Source: Alphaproteobacteria bacterium (GTDB taxonomy: Bacteria; Pseudomonadota; Alphaproteobacteria; UBA828). From it: 64,000 nucleotides of DNA. The DNA is taken from contig OZ243972.1 of NCBI GenBank assembly GCA_965214705.1, positions 3,232,001 through 3,296,000 on the forward strand. Reading direction: 5' to 3'. Shown piece after piece: positions 1 to 8,635 of the stretch. The translations under genes and the position numbers were made by a program. How positions within the stretch are numbered: the first letter of the stretch is position 1; each line of letters opens with the position of its first letter. Under the pieces are notes generated by a model. The model saw only the letters and a program-made list of their open reading frames with translations, made no database searches and was not told the origin of the DNA.

Positions 1-62
1 TCATCATCTACCTGCTAGTGGACCTGATCTATTTCGCCATCGACCCGCGCATTAGGGGCTGA
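1..62 (+). CDS. C-terminal end of Dpp/Opp ABC transporter permease (DppB-like), partial
   Basis: Frame 3 reads IIYLLVDLIYFAIDPRIRG*, the typical DppB/OppB C-terminus; directly upstream of two dpp-type ATPases. Confidence 0.8.
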   Translation, partial: IIYLLVDLIYFAIDPRIRG

Positions 63-64
63 CG

Positions 65-1114
65 ATGGCCGCTACCGCAACAGACACGATGGCCCCGCAA
101 ACGAACGCGCCTTCCGGCAAGATTCCCGGTGACGCGCCTTCCGGCGCGATGCTCGACATCGCCGGGCTCAACGTCTCGTATCCGGTCTACGAGGAGGAGC
201 CGGTGCGCGCGGTGCGGGACCTCGACCTGAGCGTGCGGAGCGGCGAGATCGTCGGACTGGTGGGCGAGTCCGGCTCGGGCAAGACGACTTTGGCCCGCGC
301 GGTGATGGGGCTACTCACCCAACCTGGGCGCATCGACAGCGGCTCGATCCAGTTCGACGGCAAGGACATGCGGGCGCTCTCGCAGGACCAGTTGCGCGCC
401 ATACGCGGCAGGGACATCGCCATGGTGATCCCGAACCCGCGGAGCGAGCTCGACCCGCTGATCCCGGTCGGCAAGCAGATCGCCGCCGTCGCCCGCGCCC
501 ACCTCGACATCGGTCGAGCCGAGGCTGACGAGATGGCGCTCGACATGTTGAAGGCGGTGCACATCCCCGATCCGACGCGGCGCTTCCGCGCCTTCCCTCA
601 CGAGCTCAGCGGCGGCATGGCGCAGCGCGTGGTGATGGCAATCTCGCTGGTCTGCTCGCCCAAGTTCGTGATCTCGGACGATGCCACCAGCGGACTCGAC
701 GTGACGGTGCAGGCGCAGGTGCTCGACCTGTTGCGGACACTCGTGCGCGAGCACGATACGTCCATGCTCTTCATTACTCGCGACATCGGCATCACCGCGC
801 ACTTCTGCGACCATGTTGCCGTGATCTACCGCGGCGAAATCGTCGAGTTCGCGGAGACTGCGAGCTTCTTCGACAATCCGCAGCATCCCTACAGCGTGAT
901 GCTGCTCGCCGCCTTCGCCCACAATCCCGCGCTCCGCAACAAGTGGCACAAGCCGCTCGCGTCGACCGAGGCGCAGGCCGGGCGAGCCTGCCAGTACGCG
1001 CCCCGATGCGTCCACCGCGAGGACGAGTGCGACGAACGCCATCCCGACCTACGCGAACTTGGCGGCGCCCGCCACCTCGTTCGCTGCCACTTCCCGGTGG
1101 AGCGGGTGTCATGA
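65..1114 (+). CDS. Oligopeptide/dipeptide ABC transporter ATP-binding protein (DppD-like)
   Basis: Walker A GESGSGKT, LSGGMAQR signature, C-terminal Cys-rich oligopeptide ABC domain. Confidence 0.92.
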   Translation: MAATATDTMAPQTNAPSGKIPGDAPSGAMLDIAGLNVSYPVYEEEPVRAVRDLDLSVRSGEIVGLVGESGSGKTTLARAVMGLLTQPGRIDSGSIQFDGKDMRALSQDQLRAIRGRDIAMVIPNPRSELDPLIPVGKQIAAVARAHLDIGRAEADEMALDMLKAVHIPDPTRRFRAFPHELSGGMAQRVVMAISLVCSPKFVISDDATSGLDVTVQAQVLDLLRTLVREHDTSMLFITRDIGITAHFCDHVAVIYRGEIVEFAETASFFDNPQHPYSVMLLAAFAHNPALRNKWHKPLASTEAQAGRACQYAPRCVHREDECDERHPDLRELGGARHLVRCHFPVERVS

Positions 1115-2145
1115 GCGCCGTCCTCACCGTGGACGGGCTGGTGAAGCACTTCCCCATCGCGGGCTCGCGCTCGGTGGTGCAGGCGGTGAACGGGGTCAGC
1201 TTCTCCGTCGCCAAGGGCGAGACGCTCTCGCTGGTGGGCGAGTCCGGCTCCGGCAAAACCACCGTCGGCCGCTGCGTCCTCGGCCTCATCAAGTCGACGG
1301 ATGGCAGCATCGGCTTCCACGGCAAGCCCATCGACCGGCGGCGCAACATCCGCACGCGCGAGCTGCGCGGCAAGCTGCAGTTGGTCTTCCAGGAGCCCGC
1401 CGAATCCCTCGATCCGCAGGTGCGGATCGGCAACACCATCGCCGAGCCGCTGCGCTCCATGGGAGTCTCACGCCCTGACCAGCGCCGGCGCGTGCGCGAG
1501 GTAGCGCGGCGGGTGGGCTTGCGCGATTCGACACTAGAGCAGTTCCCGGCGGAGCTCAGCGCCGGCCAGCAGCAGCGCGTCGGCATCGCACGCGCCATCG
1601 TCACCGACCCCGAGCTGATCGTGCTGGACGAGCCCACCTCGGCCCTCGACCCCACGGCGCGGGCGGAGATCATCGACCTCCTGATTCGCCTCCAACAGGA
1701 GTTGGAGACCGCCTACCTCTTCATCAGCCACGACCTCAGCACGGTGCGCTATTTGAGCCACCGCGTCGCGGTGATGTATCTCGGAATGATCGTGGAGCTG
1801 GGTACCGCCAAGGAGCTCTTCAGCCACCCGCGCCACCCCTACAGTGTCGGCCTGCTCTCCTCCGTCCTGCTACCCAACCCGAACCTCAAGCGGGACAGTG
1901 CAGTCGATCTCGCGGGCGAGATCCCGAGCCCCATCGACCTGCCGACCGGATGCTACCTCGCCGGGCGCTGCCCCTTTGCCGACGATCAGTGCCGCAGCGA
2001 GATGCCGCCGGAAGACACGGTGGCGGAGGGGCACACCGTGAACTGCTTCAAGCATCGCGACGCACTCCGCGGCCACGAGGCGCTGGACTACTTCGACGAC
2101 TTCCAGGTAGAGGCGGAAAAGCTGCTCGGCGCCGGTCGCCGCTGA
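1111..2145 (+). CDS. Oligopeptide/dipeptide ABC transporter ATP-binding protein (DppF-like)
   Basis: ATG at 1111 overlaps upstream stop (ATGA); GESGSGKT, LSAGQQQR, LDEPT, HPY and Cys-rich tail. Confidence 0.92.
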   Translation: MSAVLTVDGLVKHFPIAGSRSVVQAVNGVSFSVAKGETLSLVGESGSGKTTVGRCVLGLIKSTDGSIGFHGKPIDRRRNIRTRELRGKLQLVFQEPAESLDPQVRIGNTIAEPLRSMGVSRPDQRRRVREVARRVGLRDSTLEQFPAELSAGQQQRVGIARAIVTDPELIVLDEPTSALDPTARAEIIDLLIRLQQELETAYLFISHDLSTVRYLSHRVAVMYLGMIVELGTAKELFSHPRHPYSVGLLSSVLLPNPNLKRDSAVDLAGEIPSPIDLPTGCYLAGRCPFADDQCRSEMPPEDTVAEGHTVNCFKHRDALRGHEALDYFDDFQVEAEKLLGAGRR

Positions 2146-2194
2146 AGCGTTTCCGTCAATAACGGACACGCTCCAAGGGCTTCCGAACCTTTGC

Positions 2195-3643
2195 TCAGCC
2201 GGCCGGCCGCTCGACGCTGCGGAAGGGGTGGCGGGCGCGGAGCGTGTTCACCGCGTCGAAGATGGCCGGGAAGGTCGGCCGCTCGACGTAGGCGCCGTCG
2301 CCCTGGTCGGCGCGGATTTCCGAGCCGTCCCAAACGTGCCGGCCTCGGCTCACGGTGGCGCGCGCGACGCCGGTCACGGTCATCCCCTCGTAGATGTTGA
2401 AGTCGTTGTTCTGCAGGTGGGTCTTGGCCGAGATCGTGCGCGTGGCCTTCGGGTCCCAGACCACGATGTCTGCGTCCGCGCCCACCTTGATCGCCCCCTT
2501 GCGCGGATAGATGTTGAAGATCTTTGCGGCGTTGGTGGACGTGATCGCGACGTACTCGTTGGCCGTGATCCGGCCGGTCTCGACGCCCTGGTCCCAGAGC
2601 ACGGACATGCGGTCCTCGATGCCGCTGGTGCCGTTCGGGATCCTGGAGAAGTCGTCCTTGCCCATCTCTTTCTGCCAGTTGCAGTAGGCGCAGTGATCGG
2701 TCCCCGTGGTCTGCAGGTTGCCCGATTGCAGGCCGCGCCAGAGGTCTTCCTGATGGTCCTTGGGCCGGAACGGCGGGCTCATCACGAAGCCGCGGGCGAC
2801 CTCCGGGTCGGGGTCGTAGTAGACGCTCTCGTCGATCACCAGGTGCTGCGCCAGGCACTCGCCATAGACCCGCTGCCCCTCCAGGCGCGCGCGCGTGATC
2901 GCCTCCAGCGACTCCCGACAGGTCACGTGGACGATGTAGATCGGTGCCTTGAGCAGCTGGGCGATACGGATCGCGCGGTTGGTCGCCTCGCCTTCGACCT
3001 CCGGCGGGCGCGACTGCGGGTGGCCCTCCGGCCCGGTGATGCCGGCCTTGAGCAGCTCCTGCTGCATCATCCAGACCAGGTGGCCGTCCTCGCAATGGAC
3101 GGTGCAGAGCGCGCCGAGGTCCCGCGCCCGCGCGAAGCTGTTCATCATCTTCTCGGCGTCGAGCATGACCTCGCCCTTGTAGGCCATGAAGTGCTTGAAG
3201 CTGTTGACGCCGTGATCGCGGGTCAGCGTCTCCATGTCCTCGTGAATTTCGTCGTTCCAGTTGGTGATGGCGACGTGGAAGGAGTAGTCCGAGGGCGCCT
3301 TCGCCGCGCGCTGCTGCCAGATGCGGTAGGCATCCATCGGCCGCTGGTCCGGCGCCGGAATCACGAAGTCGATGATCATGGTGGTCCCGCCGGAGAGGCC
3401 GGCGGCGGGGCCGGTGTAGAAGTCGTCGCCGGTCACGGTATCCATGAACGGCGTTTCCATATGGGTGTGGGGGTCGATGCCTCCCGGCATGACCAGCGCG
3501 TCTGCGGCATCCACCGTCGCCGTGCCCGCCGGCACGTCGAGCCCGGTCCCGATCTCCTGGATCTTGCCGTCCGCGCAATAGACATCGGCGACGTAGCGCT
3601 CGTCTGCGGTCACCACCGTGCCGCCCCTGATCAACGTCGACAT
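2195..3643 (-). CDS. hydA: Dihydropyrimidinase / D-hydantoinase
   Basis: MSTLIRGGTVV start, PGGIDPHTH metal motif, SFKHFMAYK, GTDHC, IPNGTSGIEDR. Confidence 0.92.
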   Translation of the reverse strand: MSTLIRGGTVVTADERYVADVYCADGKIQEIGTGLDVPAGTATVDAADALVMPGGIDPHTHMETPFMDTVTGDDFYTGPAAGLSGGTTMIIDFVIPAPDQRPMDAYRIWQQRAAKAPSDYSFHVAITNWNDEIHEDMETLTRDHGVNSFKHFMAYKGEVMLDAEKMMNSFARARDLGALCTVHCEDGHLVWMMQQELLKAGITGPEGHPQSRPPEVEGEATNRAIRIAQLLKAPIYIVHVTCRESLEAITRARLEGQRVYGECLAQHLVIDESVYYDPDPEVARGFVMSPPFRPKDHQEDLWRGLQSGNLQTTGTDHCAYCNWQKEMGKDDFSRIPNGTSGIEDRMSVLWDQGVETGRITANEYVAITSTNAAKIFNIYPRKGAIKVGADADIVVWDPKATRTISAKTHLQNNDFNIYEGMTVTGVARATVSRGRHVWDGSEIRADQGDGAYVERPTFPAIFDAVNTLRARHPFRSVERPAG

Positions 3644-3792
3644 GGCTGCCTCCCTTCCCGGCGCGGCCGATGCCGGCGTCACGGCGCAACCCTGGTTGGC
3701 CGAGCCGGACCGTTGCCGCGCGATATCCGCTGCCCCACACTACCCTATCTGCGGCACACAGTTGCGATTTTCGCCGAACCGGAGGGCCGAGG

Positions 3793-4245
3793 ATGGAGAA
3801 GAGCTGCGAGCGGGAGGTGCGGGAGTTTCATGCCTTCCTGCGGGACTGGCTGGCCGGCGCCGTGCCGCGCACGGCCGAAACGTTCGCCCGGTTCTCCGGC
3901 GTGATGGGCGAGGGGCTCGAGGTCATCGGACCGCGCGGTGGGGTGACCGGGCGGGAGGCGCTGGTAAGCGAGTTCGAGGGGCTGCACGGCGAACTCGCAG
4001 GCGATGCGGACGCCTTCGAGATCTGGATCGAGAGTTTCCGCTGCCGCTGGGCCGCGGGCGATCATGCGCTGGTGACCTACGAGGAATGGCACCGGCGGCA
4101 AGGCGCGGAATCGGCGCGCCTCTCGACAGCGCTCTTCCGCCGCGCGGAGGCGACGCCCTGCGGCGTGGCTTGGCTGCACGTTCACGAGACCTGGCTGCCG
4201 GGCCGCGCGCCCGGAGGCGGCGAGCGCTTCCCGGAAACCGACTGA
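3793..4245 (+). CDS. NTF2-like / DUF4440-type small protein
   Basis: RBS-preceded ATG; FHAFLRDWL, YEEW and WLHVHETW motifs typical of this NTF2-like family. Confidence 0.75.
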   Translation: MEKSCEREVREFHAFLRDWLAGAVPRTAETFARFSGVMGEGLEVIGPRGGVTGREALVSEFEGLHGELAGDADAFEIWIESFRCRWAAGDHALVTYEEWHRRQGAESARLSTALFRRAEATPCGVAWLHVHETWLPGRAPGGGERFPETD

Positions 4246-4271
4246 GCAGGCCGGAGCGACCGCGGCGCGCC

Positions 4272-5402
4272 ATGAATACACCGACGTCCATCGAGTCTTC
4301 GACCCCCGCGCCACCGCCCCCGGCCATGCCGCTCGACGCGGTCCACACCCGCGAGCGCCAGTTCACCCGCATCTTCACGACGATGTACGGCCAGAAGCAC
4401 CGCGCCCGAACCCGACTGCCGGTCAAGACGCAAGCGGTGCGGATGCACGAGGCCGGCGGCCCGGAAGTGCTGCGCGTCGAGGATCTCTGGATGCCGGACC
4501 CCGGCGCCACCGAGGTGCGCATCGCGCAGAAGGCGGTCGGCCTTAACTTCCTCGACACCTATCAGCGGCGCGGCACCTTCTCCTCGCCGGGGCTGCCCTG
4601 GGTCATCGGCTTCGAAGGCGCGGGCGTCGTCGAAGCCGTCGGCGGCGCGGTGACGACGCTCAGGGAGGGCGACCGCGTCGCCTACGCGAGCGCGCCGCCC
4701 GGCGCCTACGCAGGGCTTCGCACCATCGCGGCCGACGCGCTGGTCAAACTGCCCGACGCCATCGGCTTCGAACAGGCCGCCGCCGCCATGCTCAAGGGCA
4801 TGACGGCGGAGTACCTGGTCAACAAGAGCGGCGTGGTGCAGCCGGGCGATGCCGTGCTGGTCCATGCGGCGGCGGGCGGCACCGGCCTGCTGCTCTGCCA
4901 ATGGCTCGCGCATGCGGGTGCTGCCGTCATCGGCTGCGCCGGTGGCGACGAGAAGCGCGGGCTCGCCGAGGCGCACGGCTGCCGCCACGCGATCGACTAC
5001 CGGCGGGAGGACGTTGCCGCCCGCGTCGCCGAACTCACCGGCGGCGAGGGGCTCGCCGTGGTCTACGATTCCGTTGGCCGGGACACGACCGAAGCCTCCG
5101 TCGCCTGCCTGCGCGAGGGCGGCACGCTGGTGCTCTACGGCAGTTCGTCGGGCGCGCCAATGCAAAGCACCCTTGCCACCGCGGCGGCGAAGTCCTTGCA
5201 TGTCGTGCGCCCCGGTCTCTTCCAGGAGAACGACACGCCGGCGGCGCTCCAGGCGCGCGCCAGGGCGCTTTTCGAGGTGCTGGAGAGCGGCGCGGTCGCT
5301 CCCCGGATCGACCGGCGCTACGCGCTGGCCGATGCGGCAGACGCCCATCGCGACCTCGAAGCACGGCGCACCACCGGCCAGAGCGTGCTGATCCCCGCGT
5401 AG
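4272..5402 (+). CDS. qor: NADPH:quinone oxidoreductase (zeta-crystallin-like MDR) with N-terminal extension
   Basis: GGPEVL, GLNFLD, GFEGAG, LKGMTA, AAAGGTG, RRTTG motifs; start uncertain. Confidence 0.85.
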   Translation: MNTPTSIESSTPAPPPPAMPLDAVHTRERQFTRIFTTMYGQKHRARTRLPVKTQAVRMHEAGGPEVLRVEDLWMPDPGATEVRIAQKAVGLNFLDTYQRRGTFSSPGLPWVIGFEGAGVVEAVGGAVTTLREGDRVAYASAPPGAYAGLRTIAADALVKLPDAIGFEQAAAAMLKGMTAEYLVNKSGVVQPGDAVLVHAAAGGTGLLLCQWLAHAGAAVIGCAGGDEKRGLAEAHGCRHAIDYRREDVAARVAELTGGEGLAVVYDSVGRDTTEASVACLREGGTLVLYGSSSGAPMQSTLATAAAKSLHVVRPGLFQENDTPAALQARARALFEVLESGAVAPRIDRRYALADAADAHRDLEARRTTGQSVLIPA

Positions 5403-5492
5403 CTCCCGGTGCTTCCGGCGCGTTGAGAGTGCCGGGGATATGCACTATCACGGGGCCGCACTCACACCACCCTGCGGGCACGGGAGTCTTTC

Positions 5493-6251
5493 ATGAGCAA
5501 GCCGACAGTCATGATCACGGGCGCCGGAATCGGCATCGGCCACGCCACCGCCTTGGCCTTCGGCCGGGCCGGCTACCACGTCTACGTCACCGACGTGCTC
5601 GACGAGGAGGGGCAAGGGACCGTTGCCGCGATCGAGGCGGAAGGCGGCAGCGCGAGCTTCAGCAACGTCGACGTGACCGACAGCGCCAACGTGAACGACG
5701 CGGTTGCGGCCGCCGAAGCCGCCACCGGCCCGCTGGACGCCGCCATCGCCAACGCCGGCATCGCCCACAAGGTGCCGCTCACCGAGATGAGCGACGAGAA
5801 GTGGGACCATACCCTCGATGTCGACCTCTCGGGCGTGTTCCGTTTGTTGCGCGCTGCGGCGCCGGGAATGCGCGAGGCGAAGCGCGGCGCGATGGTGGCC
5901 GTCTCCTCGGTCATGGGTACAACCTGGGGCTGGCACGACCACGTGCAGTACAACGCGGCGAAGTCCGGCGTGGTCGGGCTGGTGCGCGGCATGGCCTGTG
6001 ACCTGGGCAGCGACGGCATCCGCGTCAACGGCATCGCGCCCGGCTTCATCAAGACCGCGCAGGCGCTCTCGACCGTGCACTCGCTCGGGATGGCGGGGCT
6101 GGAGGCGGCCGCTGAGTACATTCCCCTCGGCCGCTACGGCGAGGCGGACGACATCGCCGACGTGATCCTCTTCCTCTGCACCGACGGCGCGCGCTATGTG
6201 AGCGGCCAGACCATCATCGTGGACGGCGGGGTGACCGTGGGGCGGTATTGA
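5493..6251 (+). CDS. Short-chain dehydrogenase/reductase
   Basis: TGAGIGIG, NAG, YNAAK catalytic motif. Confidence 0.92.
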   Translation: MSKPTVMITGAGIGIGHATALAFGRAGYHVYVTDVLDEEGQGTVAAIEAEGGSASFSNVDVTDSANVNDAVAAAEAATGPLDAAIANAGIAHKVPLTEMSDEKWDHTLDVDLSGVFRLLRAAAPGMREAKRGAMVAVSSVMGTTWGWHDHVQYNAAKSGVVGLVRGMACDLGSDGIRVNGIAPGFIKTAQALSTVHSLGMAGLEAAAEYIPLGRYGEADDIADVILFLCTDGARYVSGQTIIVDGGVTVGRY

Positions 6252-6256
6252 GCGCG

Positions 6257-6883
6257 CTACCAGGTGGCAGGCTTGCGGATGGTCGTGCCGGGGATCGGGT
6301 CCGGCAGTTGAGACTGTTGAAGGACCGTCTTGTTGCGGATGCGTAGCGAAAAGTCGGCGTGTGCAGTCAATTGACGTGAGGGATGCCGGTTTCCCGGAGT
6401 CGCCAGACCGATCAGTTTGCGGTGCTGCTGTTTGACCAAGCGCATCGCCTCGGCGATGTCGCTGTCGTTGGTGACGACGACAGCACAATCGTACTCATCC
6501 AACCAACAATCGTTCAGTAGATGGACCGCTAGGTTGACGTCCGAGGCCTTCTCCTCGGTCCTGATCACCTCGGCGGTGCGCTGACGAGTGGTTGGTGCCG
6601 CCAGCGGCAACCGGACATTGTGGCTGAGGAAGCGGCCCAAGTGGATTTCGATTTCGGGTCGATAGCGCTGTAGCGCACGAAGGTAAACGTGCTGTCTTCG
6701 GGCTTTCGCCGGATCACTGGGCGTTGCCGATACGCGCGCCGTGAAATACTTGATGCTGAGTATTTGATGATGCGGTTGGAGCATGTTCTGAAACAGTGCG
6801 AACAGGTCCAACCACTTCCATGACGAGCCCTTGAGTACCCCGTAGTAGAGGTTGAACCCGTCGACGTAAACGTAAGTGCGCAC
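6257..6883 (-). CDS. NYN domain (LabA/DUF88, PIN-like) ribonuclease
   Basis: YVDGFNLYY, EEKASDV and TNDSD acidic motifs; GTG start preceded by GGAG; lower GC than flanks. Confidence 0.88.
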   Translation of the reverse strand: MRTYVYVDGFNLYYGVLKGSSWKWLDLFALFQNMLQPHHQILSIKYFTARVSATPSDPAKARRQHVYLRALQRYRPEIEIHLGRFLSHNVRLPLAAPTTRQRTAEVIRTEEKASDVNLAVHLLNDCWLDEYDCAVVVTNDSDIAEAMRLVKQQHRKLIGLATPGNRHPSRQLTAHADFSLRIRNKTVLQQSQLPDPIPGTTIRKPATW

Positions 6884-6904
6884 CAATTGCTCCAAATTGA
6901 AGAC

Positions 6905-6926
6905 GGGGCCTCCGAAGAGGCCCCGC
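6905..6926 (-). terminator. Terminator-like hairpin in the leader of the NYN gene
   Basis: CGGGGCCTC-TTCG-GAGGCCCCG perfect 9-bp stem with cUUCGg loop followed by TCTTCAATTT on the minus strand. Confidence 0.6.
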
Positions 6927-6961
6927 ACCCTGCGGTCGAAGCCCCAGGGGGAGTTGCCCGT

Positions 6962-6990
6962 GACATATCCCCGATCCCGTGAAGCGTCAA
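6962..6990 (-). promoter_or_regulatory. Putative sigma70 promoter for the NYN leader/gene
   Basis: TTGACG-N17-TATGTC on the minus strand. Confidence 0.5.
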
Positions 6991-7163
6991 GAGGGGAAAG
7001 GTCAGAGGGTGGCGTTAGTGCCCAGTTGCGCGAACCGTACGCGGTTCTGGATGTAGGCGCTGATGCGGGGTGGGACGATATCCTACCCAGAATATCGAGC
7101 AGTTTCGCTCCCGCAACTGCGGTCTGACGTCAACCAGCTACCGTGTGGGGCGCAAATCTCGTC

Positions 7164-8429
7164 TCAGTCGTCCTTCTCCGCGCCGAAGGAGCCGATGACG
7201 GCGCCGTTCGTGAACTGAGCGTCGAAGGTGCCGGCCACGCCGGACGGCAATGTGGACTGGTTCCCTGGCATCGTATTGTCGCCGTCGACGGCCACAGGTC
7301 CGAAGAACCGACCGTCCTATGAGCCCATCATGCCTTGGTCGCCCTCGGTCGTGCCACGGAACGTGCCGCCTTGTTGACTGCCGAACCGCGCTGCCTCCAG
7401 CTCGACACTCCAGCTTGTGTCGATGGGGCTGCCGCGCTGGTCCCCGAAATCCTCGATCGTGCCGACGATCGAGTAGTGCTTGTTGACGGCCACGTCGTCG
7501 CCGCCAAAGTAGGCCGTCAGCGTCGCATCGGCGATGAACTGGCCGCCCGTCCGGTTCTGGACTTCGCCGTCCAACGTGAAAGTTCTGATCACGTAGAGAC
7601 CCGTCGCCGCACCACTGTAACTGGCCTGACCCTCGAGGCTTTGAACGGTGCCGATTGCGGACTCGGCGGTTCCGCCGGCTATGGCGGCTGCCATGATGAC
7701 GGGCTGGTCGTTCACTTCCGCCTCATTCATCCAGTAGCCGAAATGGATGTAGTCGGAGTCAGGCACCGGCACTGGGAACTCATCGTCGTTGGGTGCGAAG
7801 ATCCAGTCGCCGCCGACGGCGTTCAATTCTGCGTCCATATTGGTTGAGAGAGTGCACATCGAGACGCAGGTGTAGGTGCCCGGCGCGCCATCGAACATGC
7901 CCATGAACGTATCGTCGTCCGTGAACGGCACGCCCACCTGATTGACAGCGGACGGGAACTCAGCCACGCCACTGACTAACCCCACGTTTGAGTTGTCGAC
8001 GATCAAAGAGTCATTCGCTGCGTCGTTGTCCGCGTCATAATCGAACGGATAAACATCGCTGAACGGCGTGTCCTCCGGCGCGTCTTTGTTGCTGTAGATC
8101 ACGAACGTATCTGTCGAATCCGACGCAGTCGTTCGCTCGTACACGATGTCGGCCCAGCCGGCGATTGTGGCTCTGGCCGCGTCGGCTGTCTCCTCGAGCA
8201 TCGTACCGTCCGCGGGCGTCCCCGAGCCGTCCGCGGTCAGCAGGTCGGGCGCCGTTGACGGCGGATCCGCAGTGATTGCCGCGTCGAGCGCCTCACCGCT
8301 GGCTGTGGGCATCGCCGGAGGGGACGACCCGTCACCGCCTCCGCCACCGCAGGCAGACAGGCCTCCGGCCAGGCTTCCAACCATCAGGAGTGCCGTTACC
8401 GAGCGAAGGGATTGGGTCTGGCGTCTCAT
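7164..8429 (-). pseudogene. Transferrin-binding-like beta-barrel lipoprotein with one in-frame TAG at 7317-7319
   Basis: Signal peptide and lipobox LSAC followed by GGGGG; SYSGAATGLY and FIADATLTAYF strands; reading frame continues after TAG (DGRFFGP...GTFDAQFTNGAVIGSFGA) to TGA at 7164. Confidence 0.75.
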
Positions 8430-8635
8430 GGCATCAGGTTCCTCGGCAGCGTGGGTGGGCCGGCGGCAGCGGCCCAATGGGGGAGTGCGACGCTCCGCCA
8501 ACTCCAAGCGAGTCTTGCAAGCGCGCGCCGTTCAGGGAGCGACCTCTCGAAGCATCCCGGCGGCGTCGCGACTCGAGAGAAGCATGCCGAAAACGGTGGG
8601 GCGCTCAGAACGGCAAGTCAACACGGCGCAGGGAG

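Noticed and set aside
3618-4271. 594-aa fusion ORF 3618-5402
   Set aside because: The upstream part is a shadow frame overlapping the DUF4440-like gene; the real product is Qor
7014-7134. attC site (GTTAGTG...CGTCAAC with internal inverted repeat)
   Set aside because: Core sites are in the wrong order for attC (RYYYAAC...GTTRRRY) and no integron integrase is present
7317-7319. Pyrrolysine or genome-wide amber recoding
   Set aside because: TAG ends many ordinary genes here (e.g. 5402, 19528, 56619) and no pyl genes are visible
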